Shown here piece by piece: positions 12,331 through 26,344 of a stretch of 64,000 bases of DNA (positions within the stretch are counted from its first letter, which is position 1; each line of letters starts with the position of its first letter). The translations under genes were made by a program, and so were the position numbers. The notes under the pieces were generated by a model, which searched no databases, was not told the origin of the DNA, and was given only the letters and a program-made list of their open reading frames with translations. The stretch comes from Octopus vulgaris (lineage: Eukaryota): NCBI GenBank assembly GCA_951406725.2, contig OX597823.1:41602001-41666000 (forward strand), read 5' to 3'.

Positions 12331-12865
12331 GAGTTTCTCTATAAATAGATAAGTTTTTCAATATTTAGAATTTAGAAGACTATTCGTGTGTATGAGTGCA
12401 TTTTCATTTTGCATTTATTCAGTTAATTTAGGTTTGCATTATTTTTTTTTGTGTTAGGAGAATACATACTATTATAAAGGCATTGTTTTGTTTTTATTCA
12501 GTTTTTGATTTAACTTTTTCAAGTAAAGGATTTTCTTTCTGTCTGGCTTTGAATGTGTGCAGCTTATGGATGGGAATTCCCTAGTTGACAGGGAATTACG
12601 AGAAATTTCACTGTTTTCTAGCTCAGCACTTTTTTATACGGAGTACAGAATGTATCTATCTCAACGTATATATATATATATATGTACATATCTATGTGAC
12701 AGTGTTTGGACATATGTCTATGTGCCAACTTTGCCACTATTTACACTTAGTCAATCAGTGTCACACTCATCAACAATCAATTTAGATGGCAGATTAATAG
12801 GTAGGTATATATCTACATACCTGCTCACCTGTACATATATGTATATTTTATATATATACATGTTT

Positions 12866-12913
<48 letters not shown>

Positions 12914-12931
12914 TACATATAAAAAAAAAAG

Positions 12932-13266
12932 AGTGATCCCTTTGGTCATGAATGACCATGGGATTGCACCTAAAAAATTACCCTTGAGGCACAAGTCCAG
13001 GCAAGGTTGTTTATGGAAGACCAGCAGTTATCCAAGCATACCAGCCTTCCCTCTCCATGTCATCGATGTTATCCAAAGAAAAGACAAAAGGCTGATATAG
13101 CTTCGCACCAGTGAAGTTGCAACTCATTTCTACAGCTGAGTGAACTAGAGCAATGTGAAATGAAGTCTTTTTCTCAAAAACACAACACGGAGCTTGGTCT
13201 GGGAATCAAATTGACAACCTTCACAATCATAAGCTCGATGCTCTAACCACTGAGCCATGCACCTTC
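12932..13266 (-). mobile_element. SINE family C
   Basis: Reverse complement of 2728-3045. Confidence 0.85.
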
Positions 13267-13454
13267 ACACACACACACACATGCATATATATATATATAT
13301 GTAGAAGGTTGAAAAGGAACACGCGAGTTGATACGTATAAGGAAAATTAGACAAGGTAGAAAATGCTAAAATAATTTTATCACGAAGAACATTTTAGTAT
13401 ATATGTATGTCAATATATATATATATATAATAAACAGTCGATGCAGTGATGTTG

Positions 13455-13516
<62 letters not shown>

Positions 13517-13544
13517 CAACATTACTGCATCGGCTGTTTATTGG

Positions 13545-13915
13545 TATTTACTCAGATCATCTCAGGCAACTCTCTGAGCAGTGTCTCATCTCAATAACCA
13601 TGTGGCATGTGGTCAATCAACACAAGGTGTCATCCTAGCCAGATCCTCAGAGAAAGAAACATGGTCTGTAGGATCTATCTTTGAAAATCAAGCAACATAA
13701 CAAGCAGTCTGAATTGTAGAAGCAACAGGATACATTTCAGTTTCTGAGTAGAGTCATTGGCTGGACACAAAATCCAACCGATGATAACCCATAAACCATA
13801 CAAAGTACTTTTGTACCAAAGGAATTCAGGTAGCTCCTAAAGGCACCAGACAGCATCCAAGTCTTGCAACACTTGAGAACAAAACAGGGAGGACCAGAGA
13901 ACTGAAGACCTGAGC
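13545..13915 (-). pseudogene. RTE-like LINE C-terminal remnant
   Basis: KTWMLSGAFRSYLNSFGTKVLCMV resembles the RTE motif ETWTL...RLNAFGTK.LRRI. Confidence 0.5.
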
Positions 13916-14886
13916 CTATATACATACATGTGTTTAAATATGTATAGGGTGTAACAGAAAACCCTCCAATATGGTAACTGGTGTGGTGCTAGTAAGGTTA
14001 GTGATGATGTCTTCATGAAACAAATGCTTTACTATTTTTGTCTCTTAGCATCCTTGTTTGAATCAGAGATACTATTGGAGCATTTATCAAGAATGGTGAA
14101 CTTGAGAGAGATTTTTCCAGTCTGTTTATGTCAATATATACAGAACCCATACATTTGTGAACACTAGCTAAAATTTTAAACCTACAAATTACAAACTATT
14201 AAAGTTTGAAATTTAGAAACAGGAATATATGCTACTGTTCTTACAACAGATTCACACATAACATTATACATATGTAATTCTACATGTAAATTCATGTATG
14301 TGTATATGTGTGCATTTATGTATGTATGCATAGAACTATACATCAAGGACAACTTTATACCTTCTCAATCAATACTGCAGTCTTTATTTATTAGTGAAAT
14401 GTTTATTTATAGAAAATAAAATAGCCTTAACTGTCAACTACTGCTTTCCTACTTTTGCACTTAATTGTCTTTTACTATTATTACAAGCTTTTTTTCGTAT
14501 TTTACTGTTTTGTAGTTGTTTTATAAGTATTTATTTATTTGTTTATTTTACTATTTATCTTATTCCTAATTGTTGTTTTCTTCTCATTGTCCTCATCATC
14601 ATCTTCCCTCTGTCTTCTTATTGCACCATGCACTTCTGGTGTCTCTTGACTTGCTGATTATTTATGGCCATGTTATTCTATAGTGTTGTCTTTTGACTTT
14701 ATCATTATCCATGCTTGAGATTTTTTACATGTTTTCTACTGCTATCATCAGGAATGTTTCTGGTGATATGGTTCACATACAGCCATTGTTATTTTCTCTT
14801 GTAATTCATGGTTTCCTATTCTGTTATTATCTTAAATATTTAGAATTGCTATTAAATATTATCATTATATATCAACACATATTTTC

Positions 14887-14951
<65 letters not shown>

Positions 14952-15433
14952 AACACACATACACACACACAGCAATAAGATGGTGCCCCAGCATGGCCAC
15001 AGTCAAATGACTGAAACAAGTAAAAGATATATCAAATATTATTATATATTATAATATTATCTATTATTGTGAACTATGATATATATTGTTATGTATGAAA
15101 GATTATACATACTATAATATTATATACTGTATATATCATATAGAAAGAGGTACAATAGCATACATAATGTATGTACTTACAAGATAAGTTGCCTATACAA
15201 TTTACATGACGTTGTCATCTAAATTTTATAGGCAACCCTCCATATGAATACATTCCTTACACTGCTTTCTCATTGGCTCAATCATGATCATTTTTATGGC
15301 CGACTTTTCTCCTTTGCACTATCTTATCCTGATGAAGGTGGAGTTTAAGATCCAGATTTCTCTGAGCACTGCTTGCTGATAATTTCTATCACTGCTTGCT
15401 GATAATTTCTATAAGCATTTCATAACCGATTCT

Positions 15434-15561
<128 letters not shown>

Positions 15562-16109
15562 TATTGCATTGTTTTGTGTGATAAGCTGGTTTTGGCGCAT
15601 TGCAGCTTTTGTCATAAACATTCAAGGCTTGACTTTAATTTCCCTCTTGAATACCTACAGAAATTCCTTTGGTAGCAATGTGAATTACTAAACCTTCACT
15701 GCTAAAATTGCTACAGCCTTTGCAAAATTTATGAATAAATATTAACTTGAATATCCTTACTATACCCCACTCTTCCCCCAGGTATTGGCTGTTTTAATTT
15801 ATCTGTATCTCCTCTACTGCAAGAAACTTGTTCTTGTACCTCTACCATACTTACTAACCTCTAGCATAAGCATCACCTTCTCTACTATATTCCTACCCAA
15901 TTAACTTTGCTTTTGGCATGTTTCTGCTGAATCATACTGATTCAATGTCAAGTCATTTTAAATATTGAAGAATTTGGTAAAATAACTTTGTCATTATTAA
16001 ATCTGGTGTTTGGAACATAAACTAACATGAAACTTTAGAATATTTTAAAGCAAAACGTTTGTGTCAGTAATAGGGATAGTCCCAGGGGTATAAGAGCTTT
16101 TTTCAGTCT

Positions 16110-16325
16110 TGTGAGTTACATGGCAACAACATCAGTGTCAGTTCCAAGAAGAAAAAAAAAAGCACCAGATACACTCTGTAAAATGGTTTCTGTTAGGAAG
16201 GGCATTCAACCATAGAAACTATACCAAAGCAGACATTGGAACTCAATGCAGTTCTTCAGATAGTTGAGTCCTGTTCAACTATCCACTCATGACATCACAG
16301 AAGACGAACATTAAAAGTTGATGGG
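16110..16325 (+). mobile_element. Family D repeat, old copy
   Basis: ACACTCTGTAAAATGG...TTAGGAAGGGCATTCAACCATAGAAAC. Confidence 0.7.
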
Positions 16326-16924
16326 AATGATATTTTGAGATAGAGTTTCTGTTTAAATTCAGATTTTCATTCCAAAGATAAATTCTTTGAATAATTATTT
16401 CCCTAATATTATTTATAATGTGAATTTTCAAAATCTACTATTTCTATTTATAGAAGAAAAATTATCTGAATTTTCTAGAAAAGATCAAATACAAAAAAAC
16501 AGTTTATTCATAAATTTTTCATATTTAACAAAAAAAAAAATCGGTTTGGTCTGATGGAAGCAGCTATATTTATGGCATTCACTGCAATTACTGCAAAGAT
16601 AAAATGTTGTATTGAGTTTATTGAGCAGATATCCAGGTAAAATATTTCCTTAGATATTTTTATAGTTGTCATTTCTATGATTGGATACCTTTTGATGACA
16701 TGGTACATGTTTTTGATTTTTTATACATATGGAAATAGTTCTGTTTGCTTACTACTAAGGCATGCTCTTGTGAAAGACATAAGAGTTACAATTTTATATT
16801 ACAATTCTTTTTGCTCATTCAATCAAAACACAAACATTGACTTGCACAAAAATACAAAAGTTTGCAATATATTGATGCACATGTATATGAAAATATATGC
16901 ATATGTGTGTATGAGTTTTTGTAT

Positions 16925-17196
16925 TATCATATATGTATATATGCATGTATATATGTGTGTGTACATATATGTATATATGTATGTGTGTACATATATGTAT
17001 ATATGTATGTATATATATGTGTGTACATATGTATGTATATATGTGTACATATGTATGTATATATATGTATATATGTATAATGTATATATGTATATGTACA
17101 TATATATGTATATGTATGTATATGTATGTATATATATATATGTATCATCATCATCATCATCATATGTATATGTATGTATATATATATATGTATATG

Positions 17197-17269
<73 letters not shown>

Positions 17270-17300
17270 GTGTGGGTGTATATATATATGTATATATATG
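16925..17300. repeat. Compound TA/TG/CAT microsatellite field
   Basis: Direct observation. Confidence 0.95.
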
Positions 17301-17739
17301 ATATGTACTATTGTGAGCATGCTATCTTAAAGATAGCATGTTTTACATTCGTTTGATATCATTGTATCATATATTCCTGTCGTGGATATATATATAAGTA
17401 TACATGTAGCATGCATGTGGGAAAAATGCTACCAAGATATGCAACATGAATGAAACTCAAAAGTCAGTAATGGAAAAACATAAGTAGAACTATGAAATGT
17501 TAAACAAATACGCATTTATAAAGCAATGAAAAATTGAGCCCATCTCATTCACATTATTGTTGCCCTTTTGATGCAAATCAAATGAAAGAAGTATATTCTT
17601 TGTTTAAATATAACATGCAGTTATATAATTAAATATTATTACATACAATATGAAAGTGAAGCAAAGCAAGCTGATATGTAGTTATATAACAGCAACACAC
17701 ATTTGGAAAGTAAACGAATATATATATGTATATATGTGA

Positions 17740-17785
<46 letters not shown>

Positions 17786-17847
17786 ATGTTTGTATATATA
17801 TATATATATGTGTATGTTTGTATATATATATATGTATATATATATAT

Positions 17848-17888
<41 letters not shown>

Positions 17889-17941
17889 CATATATATATG
17901 TATGTATATGTATATATAAACACACACACACATACACACAA

Positions 17942-18090
17942 AGGGCTTCCTGCAGTGTCCATCAAACATTTTCCACCATAAAATATTACCTGGCCTTGGG
18001 ATATAATAGAGGCACTTACCCAAGGTGGAATACATAAGAACTGAAACCCCAAACGATCAAGTCTCTTGATCATATGACCATGCCTGCACC
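17942..18090 (-). mobile_element. SINE family A head, degenerate
   Basis: GGCACTTACCCAAGGT core on plus strand. Confidence 0.6.
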
Positions 18091-18835
18091 TACCCATGTC
18101 AAAATGAGAGTGCTATAAAGAGAATCAATATTATAGAAAACAGAGTAAAACCCAGTTTTTTTTTCTCCGTTTTCAAAAGAAGCAATATGTTACCAAAAAG
18201 CACCATTGTTTGAATATATTGGATCACTTACTGCAGATTACTGCAATGTGAGTGAGATACCAAATGAGCAATTAAATGTTGTTTTCATTATTCAACAGGC
18301 GTGGTTGCAAGTAACTGATCCAGTATTGTTTTCCAATATTGCAGCTTTGCCAAGAGAATTGGAAAACATTAATTACAGAGGGACTTAAAAAAAAAAAAGT
18401 TGATTCCATAGCTGCCATGAACAAAATATACCTCAAGCCATCAACAGAACCAAAAGACTTTCATTATAATTCTTTTAAAAAGCATTAAAAAAAGCCCTAG
18501 TAAAACCATATTGGAAATTTTTCCAAAGTTTCCATGAAATTGATAAGTTTTCAAAAAGAAACAAACCCAAAAACAGTCAGCATGTCTTCCTGAATTTGCA
18601 TATTGGCAAGTTTAGGGAACAAATTGTCAGAAAGTAATTATACTCCTTGAGGTGAATAATGTATTAATTCATAGTCAAATCAGTTTCCAAATCAGCAGAA
18701 GTTACCTCATACAGTTGCTTTAGTTGTTTGATTCTATGCTTAAGCAGCCATTCAGCCAACTTAAATATGGTCAACTCCCTCCTATCTGACGTCATTGTGA
18801 CTGGAGGATTTGTGAATAACTAAATTTTCTGGGTA

Positions 18836-19243
18836 GGTGTGGTTGTATAGTAAGAAGTTTGCTTCTCAGCCAAATGGTTCTGGTTTCAGAGTCACTGTGT
18901 GTCACCTTGGGCTACTGTCTTCTATTATTGCCACAGGCTGACCAAAGCCTTGTAAGTGGATTTGGTAGACAGAAATTGAAAGAAGCCTGTTGTATGTATA
19001 TATATATATATATATATGTCTATGTGCATCTGTGTTTGACCTCCACCACTGCTTGAAAATTGATGCTGGTGTGTTTCTGTCTCAGTAACTTAGCAGCTTA
19101 GCAAAAGAAACTGATAGAATAAGTACTAGGCTTTAAAAAATAAGTCCTGGGATCGATCTGCTTGACTAAAACCCTTGAAGGTGGTACCCCCAACATAGCC
19201 ACCGTCAAATGAGTGAAACAAGTAAAAGGAAAGAGATAAAAGA
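18836..19243 (+). mobile_element. SINE family A, full length
   Basis: Co-linear with 969-1373. Confidence 0.85.
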
Positions 19244-19335
19244 TCTGATGACAATAACTGCACTGTTTACAGTGCCAAACTTTGATCTATTGTGCAGTGT
19301 CAAATTTTAAGGTATTTTGAGAGGTAACTGTCTCC

Positions 19336-19585
19336 TTTATTCTTAACTTGTTTCATTCATTAGACTGCACCCATTCTGGTGCATCTCCTTGGAGAATTTT
19401 TAGTGGACAAAATTGACCCCGGGTCTTATTTTTTAAACCTGGTACTTATTCTATCAGTCACTTTTGCTCACCTCCTAAGTTATGGGGACATAAACATACA
19501 AACACCAGATGTCAAGTGGTGGTGAGTCACAAACATATAAATGTTTATGTATATATATATATATATACACAAACATATAAATGTT

Positions 19586-19628
<43 letters not shown>

Positions 19629-19718
19629 ATGGGCTTCTTTCAGTTTCTGTCTACCAAATCCAGTCACAAGGTTTTAGTCAACCTGGCGCTGTAGCAGATA
19701 GCACTTGCCCAAGATGCC
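19336..19718 (-). mobile_element. SINE family A, tail-to-tail with previous copy
   Basis: Reverse complement of family A tail and core. Confidence 0.8.
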
Positions 19719-20065
19719 ACATAACTTTAAACATATGTGAGGTTTATCCCACTACTATCTAATCAGTTTTACCAACAATACACATATTGATTTTCACATT
19801 GGTCTTGAGGTCCTCCCAGGCTAAATCTGTTTAGTTTTAAAGCTGCTGGTATCATGTAATTCTTGTAGCTTTCTACTAAATTAAATAACACTGTTTAGAT
19901 GTATATATGCCTTATTGTAGATCTATATGCTTATATAAACATATACACTAATTGGGATATACACCACATATAAACAGTGGTTTTCCTTTCTGTCTTTGTG
20001 TGTCGATGTATGGAAATGTTTGCTTATGTATACACATCTACATACATACATATATAGATTCATAC

Positions 20066-20096
<31 letters not shown>

Positions 20097-20100
20097 CACA

Positions 20101-20690
20101 GGCAATTATGTAGATAAACAAATTAAATATGTTAAACATAACAGCCTGGGTATGAAATACAAAATATGTATATTTGTATACATGCAAAACAAATGAAAGC
20201 AAAGAGAGAACACCTTCAGACAATAAATATTTAATTATAGATATATAAATATTTATATTAATAGATCCAACTTTCACAGAGTACAAACAGCAGAGAAAAT
20301 TAATTCTCTGCTTTATGATCTGAGATATAGGATTTTTTTCAACCCTTATGACAGAGGTTCATCTCATCCATGAATTTATATGTTGACTGCTTCCACTGTG
20401 ACCTGCATATTGTGACGAACTACATCTACCAACATTATGATGGATCTGTGAGCCACCAGAAATAGCTGGTAGACTCATAATACCTTACTTCTTCTCCTTT
20501 AATTTTCTCTATCATTTGTACTCTGTTTAAGTTGGATCTATTAATATAAACACCTATATATGTTTATACTGAAATATTCGTCATCTGAAAGTCTTCACTT
20601 TTCGCTTTCTCTCATTTTGCATGTATACATATATACATATTTTTGTATTTTATACCCAATATATTCAATTTGTTTATCCACATAATTGCC
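20101..20690. repeat. Long inverted repeat, arms ~20101-20303 and ~20499-20690
   Basis: GGCAATTATGTAGATAAACAAATT vs AATTTGTTTATCCACATAATTGCC; TATATTAATAGATCCAACTT vs AAGTTGGATCTATTAATATA. Confidence 0.85.
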
Positions 20691-20842
20691 TCCATAACTG
20701 CTCAACTTGATCCTTCTTATAGCCTGTGGAACTGATCCCCTGTAAAGATATCAGAGTCTAAGCTTGAATTATTTTGGTGCTACTGTTTTCTATACTGAGA
20801 ATCTCTGAATCTCATCTGTTGACTGTATACACACGCACACAC

Positions 20843-21003
20843 TGGTCTTCTTTCTGCTCTTATCTACCAAATCTATGCACAAGGCTTTGCCCCTCCTGGG
20901 CCTATAATTGCTCATTAAAGTTACCCAAAGTTTTATGCTGTTGGACTGAACATGAAACCATGTGGTTGGGAAGTAAAACTGCTCAGCCTCACAGTCACAC
21001 TTG
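20843..21003 (-). mobile_element. SINE family A head
   Basis: ACCATGTGGTTGGGAAG on plus strand. Confidence 0.75.
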
Positions 21004-21012
21004 GACTTATAC

Positions 21013-21047
<35 letters not shown>

Positions 21048-21098
21048 GGACACAGATATAGACACATACATACATGCATATAAGTATATATAAAGATG

Positions 21099-21137
<39 letters not shown>

Positions 21138-21296
21138 ATACATATATATATATACACATACACATACATACACATATACACATATACATGTATAAACATC
21201 TATATATTTGCATATATCATGATGATAATATATACATATATGTATGTGTATGCACACATGCACAGACACACACATACACATATATACACAAGTATA

Positions 21297-21341
<45 letters not shown>

Positions 21342-22541
21342 ATAAATACTGCGGCAATAAAATGTTAAAAGTATATACGACAATATTTAATGATAGCATA
21401 ATGAAAGTGTTGTTTGCCTAACAGTCTATTTACAGAAAATATGACTACTTATGACTCTAGAAATAGTGAATGTCTAGCATTTATTGACTGTAGTGTATTG
21501 CAATGAAGAATTTTGCTCCATTACCATCATATCACTGGTGCCTCTGTGAAAATATATGTTCTTCTTTTTATAATTATGAGCTATATTTGCGGAAATATAT
21601 TTGCATATGCATGTATATAAATATATATAACTATATGTAAATATAAAAATGTCATCATCTATAAGTGTACTCTTGGTGTATGGCTTTTGTTATGTTCTAA
21701 TATGAGATATCTATGTTTTCTCAAATGTGCTTCTGTATTTGGCCAGGTTTTAAGGTTAAGAAAAGGGGTGAATAAAACTGTGATATATAATATAATAACA
21801 TGGGAAAGCTAATATCATGTGGTTGTACTAGAGACAGCATTATGAGGCTATGATCAGAATGAAAGGTTGGGTATTGAAGGAATCTGCTTTGCAAAACACT
21901 TGCTTCCATAAATGTTATGCATGCAGAAAAACACATGCAAACACACTTGTGTACATCTGTGTATACATGTGTCTGTGTGTGTGTGTATGTAATTATAAGG
22001 TCCAAGGATCTAAGTATAGGAAATTTGTAAGCTTTGAGCAGTCTGTGGTAGGTATAAAAAAAAAACAACGTCCAGGTACAATAGTAATTTATTGGAATTG
22101 AACGTTGTAGGCTTTTCTCCATATTGAAGTTTGATAAGCTGAAAAACTTTTTTATAGCACATGGATAGCAACTATTTTTGTGTTATATATATTTTAAAAG
22201 CAAGGACACTGGACAACGAGAAAATGTGAATAACATGAAAATAATGCAAAGAAGGTTGATGCAAAGATGGAATGAGAAGAAAGAAAACTACCACCCTGTC
22301 CTTCCTAATTGCAGAAACAACAATTAACACACTTGGTGTAGAACAAAATAAGAAAAAAATATGTCAAATCTGCAAAATAGCAACCCAGTCTCCAGCAGGA
22401 AGTGCCTTCCAGTTTGACAAAAGAAACTTGTCCATGTGTTTACATCTGCTAGAAATTACATTGGATGGAGTACTCTTTTTGTTGATGCTACCTATATTGA
22501 TCTATAAACTATATGTGTGTGTGTGTGTGTGTGTGTGTATA

Positions 22542-22911
22542 AGAGTGGCTTTGTGGTAAGAAGCTTGCTTCCCAACCACATAGTTTTGGGTTCAGTCCCA
22601 CAGTGTGGCACCTTGGGCAAGTGTCTTCTATTATAGCCTCAGGCTGACGAAAGCCTTGTGAGTGGATTTGGTAGATAGAAACTGAAAGATGCCCATCGCA
22701 TAGATGTGTGTGTGTGTGTGTATTTCTCCCCACCACCATTGCTTGACAATCTATGTTGGTGTGTTCACATCTCCATAACTTAGCAGTTTAGCAAAAGATT
22801 ATGATAGAATAAATACTAGGCTTACAAAGAATAAGTCGTGGGTTCAATTTCTTCGATTAAAGGCAGAGCTCCAGCAAGGGTGCAGTCAAATGACTGAAAC
22901 AAATAAAAGAA
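22542..22911 (+). mobile_element. SINE family A, full length
   Basis: GTGGCTTTGTGGTAAGAAGCTTGCTTCCC...GGCACCTTGGGCAAGTGTCTTC. Confidence 0.88.
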
Positions 22912-23249
22912 TATCAAACAATTACAAAGAACAGGGAGTCGGGTATATGATCAAACTTCTTAACCACACAGCTATACAATAGCAATAACCGTGTTAATGC
23001 TAAAATGCAACAGGGGAGAAAGATGTGAAGAAATTATTAATAAGATATCTTAGTGTAGTGTATCAATATTGAAATGATAAATAACTTTATCTCTCTCTCT
23101 CTCTCTCACACACACACATAAATGCACATGCACACATGCACACACATGCACACACTCTCTCTCTCATATTTGTGTCAACCAAGTTGCTTCATGCTCATAT
23201 GTAAATACCATGGAATATGTTAATTCTATGATTAATTCTGAGAATTAAA

Positions 23250-23680
23250 GGTGTAGGGGTTGTTGTGTGGTTAAGAACTCTGCTTTCCAACCACATTGCT
23301 TTAGGTTCAGTCTCATTGTGTGGTACCATGGGCAATTGTCTTTTATAATAGCCCAAGGTTGAGCAAAATCTTGTGAGTGGATTTGATAGAGGGAAACTGA
23401 AAGAAGCCTGTATTTATGTGTGCGCAAGTGTGTTTGTGTTTCCTTGTCCTGACGTAGCATGGTAGTTGTAAATGAATATCCTTGTCATACAAGCAGTGTC
23501 AGTCATTTTCAGTATTTTGTGGAAACATGTCTGGCCATAGGAAAATATCAACTGGCTTGGAAATAGGTGAAGGTTGGTGACAAGAAGAACATTCAGCCAT
23601 TGAAAATCTACCTTGAATAAACTACTTCCAACCCATGCAAGCATGGATAAGTGGACATGATGATGCTGATAAGGATGACG
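23250..23680 (+). mobile_element. SINE family A2
   Basis: A head plus tail ending ACCCATGCAAGCATGG...GATGATG. Confidence 0.8.
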
Positions 23681-23685
23681 AGGTA

Positions 23686-24018
23686 AAAGGGTAAAGACCC
23701 CATTCGATCATGAATGACCATAGGATTGCACCAAGAAAGTTCCTCCCTGGAGCACAAGTCCGGGCAAGGCTGTTTATGGAAGACCAGCAGTCACCCATGC
23801 ATACCAGTCTTCCCTCTCCATGCCACCTATGTTATGCAAGAGAAAGGCAAAGTCCTATACAACTTGGCACCAGTGACATTGCAACTTATTTCTATAGCTG
23901 AGCAAAATTGGAGCAACATGAAAAAAAGTATTTTGCTCAAGAACACAATACAGTCTCATCTGGGAATCGAACTCACTACCTCGTGATTGTAAGCCTGATG
24001 CTCTAACCACTGAGCCAT
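23686..24018 (-). mobile_element. SINE family C
   Basis: Reverse complement of 2728-3045. Confidence 0.85.
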
Positions 24019-24424
24019 GACAGGAACTACAATAAATATTAGAACTTCTTCAGTTTTACAATCCAAGATATAAATCCTCAATGTCACAAAACTTTGAAAG
24101 AAAGATGAAGAATCTCCAAGACTTAAATAGATTGGGGAAAATGCATCCCTAACTCAACCTCAAGAAAAGTGATAAATCACAAATATGAAATTATAGATAT
24201 TTGATCAGTTTTTAAAGCATCCCTCTCTTTTGTATTGACACCATGAGACCTTCCATATATGCACACACACACACACACACATGCCATGCTCCTTTTACAG
24301 TGATTGGGGTTGGTATCACAAAAATTGCGCCCAATACACACTACAATGTAGTTGAGAAATGATCAGAGCAGGTGTAAGGTTGGGATTCCTGTTTCATAGT
24401 TGACTATCAATCTCTCTAGAGTCA

Positions 24425-24622
24425 ATGCCACAAAAAATGCTGTCAGCACACTCTGTAAAATGGTTGGTGTTGGGAAGAGCATGGCGACATAGAACCTACG
24501 ATAAAGCAGACATTGAAAATTAATGCATTCCTCTAGCTCATGGGATCCTGCCAAACCATCCAACCCATTCCAGCATAGAAGACGGACATTAAATAAATAA
24601 TGATGATGATGATGATGATGAT
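24425..24622 (+). mobile_element. Family D repeat
   Basis: CACACTCTGTAAAATGGTTGG...(GAT)n. Confidence 0.75.
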
Positions 24623-24654
24623 ATATGTTTCTATATATGTACACTCGTATATAT

Positions 24655-24878
24655 CATCCTCATGATCATCATCATTTAACTTCCATGTTCCATGCTGGCA
24701 TGGGTTAGCTGTTTTGATAGGACTCAGTGGGCCCAAGTATTGAGCCATGCTCCAGAATCTATTTTGGCACGTTTTCTATTAGTGAATGCCATTCCTAATG
24801 CCAACCACTTTCAGTGTGTGCAGGATACTGTTTTTCATTTTTCCAGTATTTGTGAGGTTGCCATACGACTTGCAAGTT
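24655..24878 (-). mobile_element. Family D repeat, inverted partner of previous copy
   Basis: CCATGCTGGCATGGGTT...TTCCTAATGCCAACCAC. Confidence 0.75.
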
Positions 24879-25590
24879 TGTAAACCCCATCACCCATCCA
24901 GTATAAACACATGTGAGATATTTTGATGTAATTTGAAAACTTCTTGAGAACCAATAATTATTGCTAGCAGGATTTCCAAAATTAGAAATGTGTACAATTG
25001 TAACCAAGCTAAATGTTAACCTATATTGACAGTTTATTCTTGAGAATAATGTAAACTTATATATCTACTAATCTACTGATACCAAAAACAAGAATTTCAA
25101 ATGTTAATCTCTTGGGGCTATTTACTTTATAAATTGTTTAATTCATTTTAATTAAGTCTAATTAAATTGAATCAAATGAAAATAGATAAATCAGACCAAT
25201 TCTATTTGTAAAAAATAATGTCTGTTATTCAAATCTCACTAGAATGGAAGAAAAAATAGAAAGAAAGGAAAGACATATAATGTTGAAATTTGAAGACATA
25301 AAGAATTCATTCCAATTGTTATAACAGTGCAGAACATCAAACTGGTGGTGCATTGTTGAGAAGGTGGAGGTGGGGTGGAAACGTTAGTTTATTGTAGTGA
25401 GGCTGATGTAGCGTAATATTGTGGATGGGAGGTGGATAGGAGCAATGATGGTAATATCAAATGTGCATTTGGAAATAATCACAGAACCAAGATTCAGCAA
25501 GATGGTATTGGTCCTGTTCCAACCATTTAAGTGCTTGTTTATCTGCATATAAGAAACTACATGGACTTGAGAGTAAATGTGTGTCTGTGT

Positions 25591-25631
<41 letters not shown>

Positions 25632-25994
25632 TGTGTGTGTGTGTGTGCTGGTGTTTTCACTATTTATTTTATCATATTTGTTGCTGGCTCATTGTTTCCA
25701 CTTGCATGTCTACAGGTCTCCAGAGATACCATCATCCATGTTGAATTTCAGTATATCATATTCACAATAAATTTTTCTTGACACAATTGCTTTTTAGATT
25801 AAGCTCACTGCTTTATATCAATTTCATCAAAAGTTATTATTTTACTTTAATAGAATCATTTGCTGTCCTGTACAAACAAAACAGCCAATTAAATTGATGT
25901 AGCTTTTAAGAAAGTCAGTAATACTTTGTTTGTGAATTTTGCAGTTCAAATCCAACCTAGGACAACCAATCAGATTACAAAATATTTTCTAGAT

Positions 25995-26344
25995 ACAGTT
26001 GTAGTTTAAAAGTTTGCTTCCCACCATATGGTTTCAGGTTCAGTCCCACTACATGGCACCCTGGACATGTGTTTCCTAATAAAGTTCCAAACCAACTAAA
26101 GCCTAGTGAGTGAATTTGGTAGATGGAAACTGAAAGAAAACTATTGTATTTGTGTGTGTGTGTATGCTTCCCCATTGCTTGACAACTGGTGTTGGTTTGG
26201 TTATGTTCAGCAAAAACACCTGACAGAATAAGTATCTGATTTAAAAAGAAAAGTACTGAGGTTGATTTGTTAGGCTAAATCCTTAAAGATTGTGCCCCAG
26301 CATGGCCACAGTTCAATGACTGAAATAAGTAAAAGATAAAGATA
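25995..26344 (+). mobile_element. SINE family A
   Basis: Co-linear with 22542-22911. Confidence 0.8.

Noticed and set aside
13301-13395. CpG-containing insert between TA runs, resembling a pLTR fragment
   Set aside because: Too short; no diagnostic motif in the window
15325-15412. CTGATGA followed by a 23-bp tandem duplication
   Set aside because: No GAAA/NUH or stem I; the duplication looks like simple slippage
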